The position numbers were made by a program, and so were the translations under genes. From Halocafeteria seosinensis (Eukaryota), in contig LVLI01000329.1 of the NCBI GenBank assembly GCA_001687465.1, positions 1 through 64,000 on the forward strand: a DNA stretch of 64,000 nt, in the 5' to 3' direction. Numbering within the stretch: the stretch's first letter is position 1; every line of letters begins with the position of its first letter. This document shows, piece by piece, positions 33,467 to 46,434 of the stretch. The notes beneath the pieces are model-generated. The model had not been told where the DNA came from, did no database searches, and saw only the letters and a program-made list of their open reading frames with translations.

Positions 33467-34807
33467 ATGGATGCTCATTCGAGTGCCAGTGGCGCTGCCA
33501 CTGGAGCTGGAAAACAGCTCGTAAAAGCTCTGTTAAGCTTGATTAAAGGCCTACGAAATGGCCTCCTATACGGCACCAAGATCAGATTACCCCATGCACT
33601 AGTGATGACGGTGCTTTTTAAACAAGGCCAGCTGTCCAAAAAGCTTCAGTCTATTCTTCAGGTCACATTCGAACACGCGTCCAAACTCGGACTCTATGTG
33701 GTCATTTATAAACTGTGTTTGAAAGCACTGGCTCTGCTGCAGAACATGGACGGGAGACAAACAGAGCACATTTCCCCTTGGAATCCTGCCATCGCTGGTG
33801 CCATTGGAGCAAGTATTGTGTGGAGGAGGTATTCTAGTGTGAACATGCAAATCCTCATGTACCTTTTGGGACGGACTCTGGTGGGTGCTGTACGAGCGTT
33901 AGCCAAGGAGGGCGTTTGGCCTTTAACACAGTTCCAGTTCAAAGAGCATGGCTTCCCGCTTGTGTCCGTACTTACTTGGGCAGCCGTGATGTACTTGCAT
34001 CAGAATCACAAGGAAGCACTACAAGGATCGCTTTCCTCTAGTATGGACTTCCTCTATCATGAATCTGACCAATGGCACTCCTGGAGAGACTTTGTGCCGT
34101 CTCCGTCCTCCGCCTTTGTCACCAGTGTCACCCTCCTTAAAGATGTCCTCGGCGTTGATCTAGTTGATAAACTCTCAGAGCCGATTGATGCAATTCTATC
34201 TCCTTCCTATTCTTCTCCGAAATTATTGCTGTACAGTATTCTGCCAGTGCTCTTCGGCGCATTGGGTATACCGTCACACAGAGCCAGGGATATGCTGGAT
34301 CTTTCACAAAGTGGTAGCGCACCGGAACCGACATCATCGCAGTGCGCTACCAGCGCTTCGGAGTCTACGATGGCATTAGATCAAGCTGAGCGAGGACGAG
34401 CAAATGGAGCCAAATCGGTGACGTTTGCATCGCCTCAAGATCATGTAGTTACTGAAACAGGAACGAGTGCGTTCAGGCCGACTCCGACCACTGCTTCCTC
34501 AAGGAAGACGACGACGCCAAATAACAGTTATAGCTCTGATTTTTCTTTTTATACCCCCAGCCCTCAAACCGAAGGACCTCTACTGAAGACGCTCGAACGC
34601 GAGACAGCGGTGTCTGGAACTTCGACAGGGGGAACTTCCGGCGCTGGTAAAGATTCGACCTCCTCTAATCACGAGAATTCGCCTGCACACCTTTCACGAC
34701 TGCCGAGCTCACCAGTTAGCTCATCTGATTCAGGAAGGAGCTCCACAGAACCGTACACCTCCGGGAATTCTCCGGCGCCAGCGAAGCGAGAGGGGACCTC
34801 ACAATGA
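33467..34807 (+). CDS. PXMP4: Peroxisomal membrane protein 4 (Tim17-family) with a long Ser/Thr-rich C-terminal extension
   Basis: IKGLRNGLLYGTKIRLPHALVMTVLF, VNMQILMYLLGR and LQGSLSSSMDFLYHESDQW. Confidence 0.9.
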   Translation: MDAHSSASGAATGAGKQLVKALLSLIKGLRNGLLYGTKIRLPHALVMTVLFKQGQLSKKLQSILQVTFEHASKLGLYVVIYKLCLKALALLQNMDGRQTEHISPWNPAIAGAIGASIVWRRYSSVNMQILMYLLGRTLVGAVRALAKEGVWPLTQFQFKEHGFPLVSVLTWAAVMYLHQNHKEALQGSLSSSMDFLYHESDQWHSWRDFVPSPSSAFVTSVTLLKDVLGVDLVDKLSEPIDAILSPSYSSPKLLLYSILPVLFGALGIPSHRARDMLDLSQSGSAPEPTSSQCATSASESTMALDQAERGRANGAKSVTFASPQDHVVTETGTSAFRPTPTTASSRKTTTPNNSYSSDFSFYTPSPQTEGPLLKTLERETAVSGTSTGGTSGAGKDSTSSNHENSPAHLSRLPSSPVSSSDSGRSSTEPYTSGNSPAPAKREGTSQ

Positions 34808-35294
34808 TCGGGGATTTTAGGAGTTTACTCACTCCCTTATTGGTTGTGCTATGCATCTGGTACCCTACGAAAAAAGCAATGCAAACGGGTCGTATCTGTT
34901 AATGTCATATAGGATCGAATTATGGTCGTGTACACTGAATTCACTCATGTAATACACTAACCTAGAATGAAAACGCTGACGTGGCTACGGCTTCTCACCT
35001 ATAAATTCCAATTTGTCGTAGGGGGAATTTCGTCTTTTACTCTGCGAAACATGCACCAAATGCGCCAGACTGAATTCAAATCTGTCGACTTCTGTGAAGT
35101 TAAAACCGCGCGCGTTTTCTTGGAACTGCACCTACCGTGGGTGATTCTACGATACAGAATTTGATATGGTGAAGCTTATGGCGGTTCGGTAGATTGATGT
35201 ACTGTTGTGATTTGTCCATGCGGACTTGAATCCGTAGATACGGACAATATTATACTTCTGGTGATCAACTTCACAGAACCGTTGGAGCGCGATA

Positions 35295-37522
35295 ATGGAG
35301 ACCCAGGTTCATATTTCACCCCCAAGAACTCCCCTTACTGGGGCGAGACAGCCCCTTGGGGTCATAGATTCGAACAACAAAACTCCTCAGTCAATTTCGA
35401 AGAAAGGAGAAATCAACCGTTCTGCGGCTCCATCAAGGGTCACCAACGAGGAGTCCCGGACTGACGCTGATACCGTGCATGCAACCCCAGCGAATACAGG
35501 CAAAGCCAGGGAATCCGATAGCTCCACAGAGTATTTCACGCCCGACTCTGGAGGCAGCCAATTTTTTTCTGATCAGAAAAATACAGCCCACCACGTGGCT
35601 ACGGATGGCAACAGTGAACAACAGGAGGCAGTCCCTGGTACACCGGCAAGTGATTGGTCCCAGAGCACATCTCCACCCTTAGCATTCACCAGAGGAAATG
35701 ATAGAGAGACTTTCTCACGGAGTCAGCAACTCTCCAATGAACACTTTGCCCAAGGTCCAGTTACCAAAGATGCATCTGCTGCCGAAGCTACAGGTTCCAT
35801 TGAAAACCAAGAATACCAAAATGTCACTTGTGCTGAACCATTTGTTGGAACATGCACGAAGAATCTATTACAAGCAGTTGAAAATTCGGGGAATGAACAC
35901 ATTGGTGGCGAAAGCCCGTCATCTAAGGGGCAGCAGTCGATCGAAAACGGCCCTTCCTCAGCCGAGCTCGAGGAAAAGAGCTCTGATGACGAAGTTTATC
36001 AGACTCCTGCACCACGTAGGAGAAAATTGCTGACGCGTTCCCGTAAATATCTCGACAATAAACACAGTCAACGGAAACAAGAATCTTCAGAAGAAGATAA
36101 CCAATGTTCTGAAGAAGAGATCGACAGGGGAGCTTCGTGTATCAACATTAGTACGATAAAGAAAACTATAAAGAGCAGTAAGTATCGCAGTTCGCAAAGA
36201 GACGAAAACACTGCAGACGAGGATATCAGCGATTTTATAGTGAGTGACAAAGAGTGCGACGAAGAGAATGAATTCCCCGTCGCTGATGACGACCTGCCCG
36301 GAGCATTCGATCAACTATCTATTCGGAGCTCTGAAGAAAGTGAGTCTTCCGAAGAGGAGGGAAACGATCTCGCTTCCCCAGTTGAGGGACGTCCCACCAT
36401 AGAAAAAGGGCGCGCAGCATTTGTAGATGAAATATCTTCAGATGAAGAAGACGCTATCACTGTCGGGAAAAGAGTTCAGCACGGTGGCCAAAATACCGGT
36501 GAACTCTTGCCTCTCCTCGACAGCCTTGGCTACAATTGGTCAACTTTACAAGACCGCTTTCCGCAACGCCAAGCCAAGAAGCAACGTGACAAACTTGTTC
36601 ACCCACTCTACAGCTTGTTCAACAAAAACGTGTTCAACGAGCAGCTTCCCGCTTCGAGCCAGACTGTCGTACAATGGAGCGGTCGTCTTCGGTAAGTGCC
36701 ATTGTTGACTCTAAGAAGGGAATGATCAAGATAAATATGGTATTCGTACCACAGAACCACGGCGGGAGTTACGTACACGAAAAGAATACCTGGTACAGCT
36801 GGTGGGAGGGAGTTTCACATCATGTTGTCGACAAAGGTGCTTGACCGGCCATTTCGGGTGGCTTGTACACTCCTGCACGAAATGTGCCACGCCGCTGCAT
36901 GGATAGTCGACGGAAACCGTAAGCCACCACACGGAGCTGTATGGAAGTAAGGGCTTACGTGCCTGTGTTTCGAACGAAAATAAGCTTAAGATACTTCCAC
37001 CTCGCAGAGCATGGGCAAAGAAGGCAAGCGATACCTTTCCTGTATTTTCCGTCAGTAGACTGCATACTTACGAGGTTCACTACAAATATCAGTACTTGTA
37101 AGTTTCTAAACAAATATTCGAGTCTGCTCCAATCATATGCATCACAATTGAATGCTTAACTCAGATGCGAAAATTCGAATTGTTCCTTCTCACAAGGTCG
37201 ACACTCCAAGAGTATCGATACGTCGACCAGTGCATGCCCAATATGTGGAAGCAAGTTGCAACTAAGCGTCTCCGATAATACGCAAGGAGGTTCGACCACC
37301 TCGAAACTCAACCAGTTTTCTGTTTTCGTGAAGAAGCACTACAACAGGATCAAGCAGGGAGATACCAGTTGCGGAGTTCGCCAGAACTTGGACAAACAAT
37401 TCGTAGGTGGAGCCGCTACTCCCCTCTCCCACAAAGAAACAATGCAGGAGTTGAGTAAACTGTGGCACCAGGAAAAAGAGAACTCAGAGGCGAAATCATC
37501 TAGTCCCAGCGCTGGACTTTAA
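35295..37522 (+). CDS. GCNA: GCNA/ACRC-like SprT metalloprotease (acidic disordered N-terminus, SprT domain, Zn ribbon, HMG-like tail), multi-exon
   Basis: LYSLFNKNVFNEQLP..VQWSGRLR, TKVLDRPFRVACTLLHEMCHAAAW..PHGAVWK, HTYEVHYKYQY, CPICGSKL, FSVFVKKHY..HKETMQELSK. Confidence 0.88.
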
Positions 37523-39274
37523 GATGCCATGGCGACTGATTAGTCAAGTACGGTTGCCCAACCCACCAGCCGCGTTTCTCCAATTCATGTATAAGTTCTC
37601 CGGAGATCGCATCGCAGTGTTGTTGCGATTCTTCACAGATCAGCGAGCTAAGTGCAACACTGTTGCAGTGCTTCCCTTGTGTCAATAGCCTCTTCGCACA
37701 CAAGGCGTGGATTACCGCATATAAACTTTGGTCCCAAGTAGCTTCTTCAGCAATGAGGACATCTATCTGAAAATGCTGGAGGCTCCTTCTTCGGTAAATA
37801 GCGAGAGCATAATAAGGCTGTTCAGTGCTGTTCCAGAATTGTGCGACCCATTCATTAAGAAGAGCGCAGTTAGTATCCGTCAGTCTCGGGTTAATGTCAA
37901 TCGAGACATCAGTAATGGCAGTATCAGTCCCGCTTCCCCAGGCCCGCAGAGCACGCAAGTCCACCAACACTTCGAAGAAAATAGGTTCCAATTGCGCTAC
38001 TTCGTAAGGATATCGGACACATGCTTGAGAACTCTCCCTAACAGCCTCGTTCAAGGCCAACTCTGCTCTCTTAATGCTCAACGTGGGGAGCACTGCAGCT
38101 CGGAGAGACTTGTGTAGACAGTAAAGATGAGCGCCAGACAATACAACAACGGTACCGAGGAGATATGAGAAGTCTGTAGCGGTAAATGTGCACATAAGAG
38201 CACCTATTCCAGTGCCTATAGTGCTGGCTGCAATAGTCTGACTTCCAGACTTTGCAGTGATATCTGAGAGGTTACCATGCCGGGCCAATGCCTGCATACA
38301 TCAAGAATCATTTATGAGTACGGCGCATGAGGAGGAGCTACCAAGAGTGTACACGCACTTGATGTATTCCAGCTTTCGTAGCAGAAGCACTTAGCCATCC
38401 AACATTCTTTCCAATGTTGGCAATAGAAGCAATCGGTAGGAACAATGCTGGGTTCAAGCACGTGCACGCTTCCAGTAGACACGATCCGTCCATTACCAGC
38501 GCCGATACAAATCTCCACCTCTTTGGATCTGTGTCGAAATTCGTATTGATGGAGCTGGACATCAGAATGAGTTCAAGAATGAGAGATAAGCACTTCGTCG
38601 TCGTAATGGTGACAATTTACCTAGCAAATATAACTCCTCCTAGTTGTCCAATTCCATCCTTCAGTACCCAATTCACTACCGCCGCCACCGGGAGAGACCC
38701 TGCTCCCATACCAACCGAATGGAACATGGCCTGCATGGACAGAACTGTACAGAGCGAGAGAGAGAGAGAGAGAGAAGATAACACAGGAATTGTGAGCTGT
38801 CAAGCAACGCGCATAGAGATTTCAGGGAATCGTACCTCCCATTGTAGTCGAAAGGCACATTGCCAGGGCATGCCACGCAACGTAAGGGGCGTACGAAGCA
38901 TCCACACTAGTAGGATATCCTTCCGGAAGAAAATACTGTAGAGTTTTCTCCCTCAAACGCTGAAGCATGTCGAGCATACTCCTACTACGGGAAGCACTGC
39001 TTTCGGTGTTTCCAATTTCCTCACTACCATGGCTGTGTTGCTTGTGATGCTTCATTCGAACTTCGTTTCCCAGGACTGCCGTAATCACATCTGGTTTCGA
39101 TGAGCTGTACTGTACTATCTGCACTAGCATGTCATCATACGTCACATTTCCTGAAGCAGCAGCAGTGCTGAGTTCTTGTGCGTACCTTCCATTCAGGATT
39201 TGAGCCACCTTTCTCCGTCGATCCTGTCGTTGACAAGACTCGGCATCCAAATCTGTGGAGTCTGTGGACTCCAT
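37500..39274 (-). CDS. RUSF1: RUS1/DUF647 (root UVB sensitive) family protein, multi-exon
   Basis: YFLPEGYPTSVDASYAPY, AVVNWVLKDGIGQLGG, FDTDPKRWR, FLPIASIANIGKN and GNLSDITAKSGSQ. Confidence 0.92.
38756..38774. repeat. (GA)n microsatellite in a RUS1-gene intron (polypyrimidine tract on the minus strand)
   Basis: GA dinucleotide run next to the acceptor. Confidence 0.7.
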
Positions 39275-39455
39275 AGCGCCGTCGTAGTCCCCGTCCTGCT
39301 CGGAGTGCTATCATACCGTCCTGCTAGCGCCTCTATGGGAGCACTTCACAATCTAACAAACCCGTCGTACCAGATTGTAGGATTGTTGACCACTTTTGTC
39401 TTGTTTGAATTGTTGCTTGTGAAGGACGTGAAACACTTTGTAATACTTTGTGATA

Positions 39456-41585
39456 ATGGCGTCCACCACGAATAAGCGTTCCCAGCCTGAAAAGGTGGAG
39501 GAAGAGGAAGATTATGAGGAGGATAAACCCCATCGCCATCACAAGAAGAAGCAAGCTGTCAGCCGTGAATGCCCTTATTTGGATACAATACAGCGTCAGC
39601 GCCTTGATTTTGACTTTGAGAAGCAATGTAGCGTGACTTTAGCCACCCAGCACGTCTATGTCTGCCTCGTCTGTGGGCAAATCTTCCAAGGAAGAGGACC
39701 ACAGACCCCAGCATACACGCATGCGGTTCAGAACTACCATCATGTCTTTATGAACCTCCATACGACGCGGATATACTGTCTGCCGGACGGCTATGAGGTG
39801 ATTGATAGCTCCTTACGGGACATACAGAACGCATTGGATCCTCAATTCACGCAGGAAGAGATCGAGAACGCTGATTTCAATACGGCATTGTCCAGGGATA
39901 TCATGGGAGTGCAATATTTACCAGGGTTCATTGGCTTAAACAACCTGAAACGAACAGATTATGTCAATGTAACTGTGCATGCTCTAGCGCATGTGCTTCC
40001 TCTACGGGACTACTTTTTGCAGCCTTCAAATTACAAAGATTGCACGTCGATTCTGGTGCACAAGTTTGGCCAATTGATGCGCAAGATTTGGTCCCCTGGA
40101 AATTTCAAGTCGACAGTGAGTCCGCATGAACTTGTTCAGACCATTGTGGAGGAAAGCGAGAAGAAATTCACCATTGAAACTCAATGCGATGTCATGGATT
40201 TTGCCACTTGGTTTTTGAACCAGCTGCACCTGTAAGTATTCTATACTCAAGTGGTCATCTTTATTGTGAGTGTGTGTATATTTGAATTCTTTATCGCAGA
40301 GGATTAGTCCACAAATACCCTCGTGTGGGGGACAAAAAGATTAAACCGCCACCTCTTCCGACGGGAGGAGGATCTTCCAGTATCATCCATGAAGTCTTTC
40401 AGGGAGAAGTAGAAGTTTTTATCCGAAGACGACGCATGATGATCAGTGTCGAGCAAGAGATGGAAGAGCAGAAAACAGGGACGGTGAAACAATCGCAACA
40501 ACAGGCCTCAGAAAATGGCGAGCCGCAAATAGAGACATTTACAGAGAGGATGCCTGCTCTCTTTCTGTCGCTGGACTTGCCTCCGGCACCGCTGTACCGG
40601 GATGAAAATGGGAGGAACATCATTCCGCAAATTTCTTTGTACAAACTCTTGGAAAAGTATGACGGCGAGTATGTCACAGATGTAGTGCGGGGAGATTTTA
40701 GAGAAAGACGCCAATACCGCATTACACGTCTACCTCCTTACTTATTGATGAATGTTAAACGGTTTACTAACAATGCCTGGTTCACTGAGAAGAACCCGCA
40801 TATTGTTAATCTTCCAGCTAAAAATTTAGAAATGAGCAACTATATGCACCCTGATGCTCTCGACTATGATAAAGACAACTTGAGATCGCGTGTCATCCAA
40901 TCCGATTCAACCGTAAAGGCTGGACAAGGTGCTAAGAAGACTCAGCGCCCACCTCGAAAGAATTGGCAGCACGTTCCTCCGCCAGAGATGCTACCTCATC
41001 TTACAGTGCAGCAGTTAAAGCAGTTTGTTAAAGCGGCATATCGGGACGGGGAAAGTGTTGCTCGAAAATGTTTAGAAAAGGATGACTTGGTGAGGGCTTT
41101 GCGACCCGTTAGTCATCGTATCTGGTGCACAAAATACGATCTGGTAGCTAACGTTAGTCATGACAGTCCTCCAGAGCAGAGCGGGACAGATGCAGCGGCT
41201 GGAGCTGCAGCACTCGTTGCTGGTGGTGCTAGGGGAAAACCAAGAGCAGGTGTGGTAAAACAGCAGCTAGATCCTTTGGCAAGGGGAAGCTGGCGTGTAC
41301 ACGTATACAATGATGTAAGTGTTCCTATAACATACACTCAAAATGGAACAGAAACGTGGACATTATACTGTGTCATTCCTTGCGTGTAAACAGGCTCTGA
41401 ACCAATGGTATGAAATAGATGACCTCCACGTCTCGGAAACGCAGGCTCAAATGATTGGCCTCAGTGAATCCTATCTGATGGTTTATCGAAGTCAAGCTTG
41501 GGATCCTCGAAAGAAAGGACATCTGGAGAATATGGAGGAGTCCATCTCCACCGGCTTGGCATTCAACAAGAAGGAATCATCTTGA
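39456..41585 (+). CDS. USP39: U4/U6.U5 tri-snRNP protein Sad1/USP39 (ZnF-UBP plus inactive USP), multi-exon
   Basis: CPYLDTIQRQRLDFDFEKQCSVTL, YCLPDGYEV, YLPGFIGLNNLKRTDYVN (catalytic Cys replaced by Asp), EKNPHIVN, KYDLVANVSH and WYEIDDLHV. Confidence 0.95.
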
Positions 41586-41607
41586 GTAGCAACGTGGCTC
41601 TGACCCA

Positions 41608-42536
41608 TCATATATTGAAACTTTCTCCGCAACCACACGCTCCTTTCGCGTTTGGATTGTTGAAAACAAACTCAGCACTGATGTCGTCTTCATGCCAGTC
41701 TAGTGTAGTGCCTAATACAGTCATCAGAGCTCGCGGCTCTATTAGAATAGTAACGCCTGTAGTCACAGTCTTGGGTAGCGTTGAATTCACTGCCATATGA
41801 CGTTCATTATGCAGAAGTATCGTACCTTTCTCTTCTACCTTCTCATCGAATTTTTTCGCTTCTGTTGCATAGTTCATCGTATAGGACATCCCGTTACAAC
41901 CACCTGCGACACGTACATTGCCGTGAATCCATGCTAAGAATTCCCAAAGACCAGACAGCAAACTTACGTTTTGTTACGCCAACCCTAATGCCCACCGCAT
42001 CAGATTTGTTTTCTAACATTTTTTTTAATCGCTCAGCTGCTTCATCAGTCTGCAGTCAGCATACACCAGAGTATTACGGGACGACGCTAATTCCTGAACA
42101 CCCTTGCAGGCCACCCCATCTCCCCCCTGTACTGGAGGCAATTAAGGTAAGGAGTACATTCGACTCTACTTACGAGCTCTAACGCAGCCTTCGGTCGTCT
42201 CCTCCTGGCCTTTGTAGTCACTTTCCCTGTGGCCCCCATATAGCGTACTTGTCCTGGATTCGTCAGGGGTGTCCATTGTTCTGTGCTTTTGTTCACGAGC
42301 GACGGCGCTTTCTTCGCACCTATACTTGTGACTGTATAGAAGCCGCTCGCCTCTGTGTATATCGTCCTTGATCTGACGCTTGCTTCGGATAATGCATAGT
42401 TAGATGACGAAGGATCGAAGAATACTGACGCCACACGCGAAGTTTGTGCTCCTTTCAGGCGTCCCAAGCCAGCATAGCTTCCACCATGGTAACGAGATAC
42501 AAGACTAACCCCTTTCTCGCGCAAAGCGAAACTCAT
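41608..42536 (-). CDS. ISCA1: A-type Fe-S cluster assembly protein IscA1, mitochondrial, multi-exon
   Basis: RPKAALEL/TDEAAERLK, GIRVGVTK, GGCNGMSYTMNY and FVFNNPNAKGACGCGESF. Confidence 0.93.
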
Positions 42537-43006
42537 TTCTGTTGAAAAGAGCTTGTATAGGAGCAATCAAGCCCTTAGAAGAGTATGACGCCGAGGTCAC
42601 TTTTCTCTCTCTCCCAGTGCAATGCAAGAGCTCAAATGCCACAATTCTCGCAACCAGACACCAAACTAGAACTCTTCCACATGCTTGTCAAATTATCAAT
42701 TTTGACCACTATACCGTGTATGCACCGCAAAGACCAGCTAAAGACTTGTGCGCGTGTTGGCAAGTTGAAGTTGAAGTTTGGCACAACACGGAAGTTCATA
42801 AGGTGTTAAATGCCATGTTTTGAGGCTACTGAACGTCCCTTTTAAGAAGGTGGTGTAGGTATACAGTGAGAAGAAAAACAGGGAAGTGTGCTATGGGGGA
42901 TCGGACTTGCGAATAGAGAGGGAGAAGAGGTCTATGCCTCACATGGACTTGAACAACTGCTTATTAAAGTGACGTTTATAGACGAATTCTGGCGTTGGCA
43001 TACATT

Positions 43007-44633
43007 ATGCCCATTGAAGAACCTCTAGAAATTGATACCTCCACCAGCACAGCGAGACGGATGGCTTCATCAGACCGTTCAACCGAGGGGTTTGCAGTCA
43101 ATGCAGGGTTCACCCGCGTGAAGCCTTCCCGGAGCGCTTATAATTGGAGTAAAGGTCTCTTAGGGGCCACACTAGTGGTGGTTGCTGGAATTTTGCCGGT
43201 AATCATTTGGCAGCTCGTCAAGCTTCATGCTGAACGACATGTGATTGCCTGGTTCATTGGAGGGGTCTGCGTTTGTATCGCTGTACCAATATCTGTGCAT
43301 GATATGGTTGGACATTGGCTCCACTATTCGTACCCAGATATTCAAGTCTACTACGTTCGGGTCCTAGGAATGGTGCCCATTTACAGTATTGAAAGCTGGT
43401 TCGCTTTAAGATTCAAGGAATCAGCCTTCTACCTGGAGGCTCTACGAGACACGTACGAGGTACGTCGCGATAACGAGATATCCTTGTGTACAACTGTTTG
43501 GGTCATTCAAGAATGCGTTTTTGCGCTTCTCCTCAGGCATACGTTATTTACAACTTCTTTATGATACTCATACGTCTGGTTGGAACCGATCGAGAGGTCA
43601 AGCGGGCGTTACGACGTCAGAGGAATCCCCGAGACGACAACACTCTGCTAGATGAAGATTCGTCTCCAAATACTGACGACCGTCCCAACAGCCACAGATC
43701 TTACGCAAAACACATGGTTCCAATGTGCTGTCTTCCTCGTTGGAAACTAGGGAACCAATTTTATTTCAATACTCAAGTGGGCGTTTTCCAAGTATGTGGT
43801 CAGATTAGCGTTGTGGTTGACGCCTCTGCTTTCAATTGTTATAATGCCATGCAGTATGTTGTAGTGAAGCTGATTACAACTGCTACTACCCTTATAACGA
43901 CCAAATTGGGTGTCTATGGTGATGGAGAGTTCCACAGTTTTGACAGGGCATATATATACGTGACGGTGCTAGTCAATTTCTCCCAAATGTGGGCAGTGTA
44001 CAACTTGGTGTTGTTCTACCATACACTATCGTGTAAGAGAGATGAACTATTGTAGAATACTCGTAGAAACAACGTGTATGTGTCCGATTTGAGTTGCAGC
44101 TTCTTATAAAGGCCGAGGAGTTAGCCCAATCGGTAAAATGGTGTGTATCAAGGGCATTGTTTTCTTCACATTTTGGCAACAAATCTTGATAGCTGGTCTT
44201 GTGTTCGAGGGGATCATTACGGTAGGTTTGATATGCTCTCACCTGGAGCATATTGGTAAAACTATTCAAGTTACTCATCTCTTCTTGCTGTACCCGAGCC
44301 GCAGGGAACGAGGTTGTTCACGACTGAGGAAGTGGCGGATGGACTTCAAGATTTTATAATAACGTTCGAGATGGTATTTTTTGCCATTGCGCATCATTTT
44401 TACTTCAGTTATAAAGTAAGTTTGGGGAAATATTCTTGCACGTACATGTAGTCCTGTAACTCTTGTTTGATTTCGTTTGGCAGGATTTTGAGCACGCATC
44501 GGGTGAAACGCGGAAGGGATTCTTCAAGGCTGTGGGACAGGGCGTATTTCCGCGCGATATCATGACTCACTCAAGAGACATGATGTTCAAGAAGAGGAGA
44601 AGATCTAGTGATGAGCTCAGTAACGAGTCTTAG
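43007..44633 (+). CDS. TMEM184: TMEM184/OST-alpha family membrane protein, multi-exon
   Basis: YVRVLGMVPIYSIESWFAL, LRDTYE/AYVIYNF, SQMWAVYNLVLFY, IKGIVFFTFWQ and GLQDFIITFEMVFFAIAHHFYFSY. Confidence 0.92.
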
Positions 44634-44951
44634 GTTGTGTTAACATTGTCATTAAATCGAATCTATCACATGAACGTAAGGAATTTAGAGAGTGTGAAGG
44701 AAGGATCTGCATCGTTCTCTACCGAGAACTGAGTAGGAGCCTTCGAAGAGTACTTTACTCTGGCTCAATATAGATCGCAGAAACATCTAAGTAATGGTTC
44801 ACTAGCTACCGTTAATTAGTACACGTGGATAAAGAAGCTTCGAAAAGCCGCAGTCAAGGAGTCATTGATAACCACACGACTTCTGCACATTTGCCTCGAG
44901 GCCCATGCTTCCTGTTGCGTAGCGTACCAAAATAAACACGTCATTTGATTA

Positions 44952-45881
44952 TCAATCTTTTCGTCCCGTTGCCTTTTTCATTGTATCTCGGGCTCTTTGC
45001 AAAACTCTTCCCGCGGCTGCCGCTCCTTTAGTTGCTCTTGAGAACTGAGGTCGCTTCTGGATATTAAACAAATGTAACATCCTCATTGGAAGGTAGCGTA
45101 GGAGTGCCGGTACAGCAAAGAGAGTTATCAATATCCTAAACGGTTCCGTGGTCTTGGTCAAGAGCCAAGCCGTGAGGAAGTTCGTTATGTGTGGCGATAC
45201 CTGGAGCTCTTTGTTGGGAGAAATCCACTGCTTTATTCTAGAATTTCTCAGCCACTTGTTGACGTCAGGCCCCTTCACAGCGCCAAGTTCAACTAAAGCC
45301 CACATAATCGCCAAGACGCCCACATACATACCAATGTAGAAAGTCAATGTTAACCCTCCATAATTTCGAATATATTGCCTAAATAAATCACTGTTGTCAT
45401 GCCACCAACGACGAAGAGACTTTACAGGAGCTTCTCGAAATTCTGCCCACGATATATGGGACATTTCCCGGGGCGCCGATTCACTCTCAGCGGAGCCTGT
45501 GTTTGTTTGTTTTCCGCCATCAGGCTTTTGTTCTGCTTTATTAGAGCAATTACGTCGTCTATGTCGCAAACACGTCGAGCGAGTTTGTTTAAGCCATTGG
45601 TTCATTACAAATCCAGGCCGCGGTGTGAGTAGCAACGACGTGCGAAACATGGGGCCTCTACACGAGGAGACGTTACAACCAGTATCAAATTTCGATTTTA
45701 TCTGTGTCGAAAAATTTGTCATCGTTTGTCCTCGTAGTTGGGGTAGTGGTATTCTCTTTGCCACCATCGGATGCAGCTTTGTCGTGCGTAATGCGTTCAT
45801 TCCTCCGTTTCCTCCTACTCGTACCGCTCGTTGAAACATCGGCTGGAGCCCCACATTGTGGACCCGCCAACAATATGCCAT
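44952..45881 (-). CDS. FAM210/DUF1279-like mitochondrial membrane protein
   Basis: Arg-rich presequence, FRQYIRNYGGLTLTFYIGM and NFLTAWLLTKTTEPFRILITLFAVP. Confidence 0.8.
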   Translation of the reverse strand: MAYCWRVHNVGLQPMFQRAVRVGGNGGMNALRTTKLHPMVAKRIPLPQLRGQTMTNFSTQIKSKFDTGCNVSSCRGPMFRTSLLLTPRPGFVMNQWLKQTRSTCLRHRRRNCSNKAEQKPDGGKQTNTGSAESESAPREMSHISWAEFREAPVKSLRRWWHDNSDLFRQYIRNYGGLTLTFYIGMYVGVLAIMWALVELGAVKGPDVNKWLRNSRIKQWISPNKELQVSPHITNFLTAWLLTKTTEPFRILITLFAVPALLRYLPMRMLHLFNIQKRPQFSRATKGAAAAGRVLQRARDTMKKATGRKD

Positions 45882-46434
45882 AGTAGTATGACAACCTTCC
45901 TTCAGGTATCTTCCCTCTGTTTCCCCCTATATATGCAATACGGAGAGAATAGCCCAATATTCCACCGTTCTCACAAACTTTCAACGCTTGTGCACGACGT
46001 ATTCCAAAGGCCAATCCCTCATCCAGCATCCAAGAACAATAGTAACGAGTATCCTCTTGTATTCTCAGGGTGACCGGGAGATCGGGGGCGTATAATGAAG
46101 GTAATAAAAGACTATTTGCCTCCTTCCCCTCTAGAGCACCAGGTGACACAGAACTTCAGATGCCTTTTTCGCCAATTCCAACTGCATACAACCCATCCAT
46201 ACAGTGATTGTCGAATACTAAAATATTAAACCTATCCAACCACAGCCGCTAATTCGCATTCTAATACCTCTATATTGTATTAAAGAGCACCGGAGACGGC
46301 AACTTCACAAACGTCCAGTGCGCAGTACAATGAGGTTTATTTCGTCCGTATTTCATCATATTGATGCACCAAAGACACAGACAGGATATGTGTATCATCT
46401 ACACATCGTAGTTCATGTCTGGTGGAGTGAGAGA

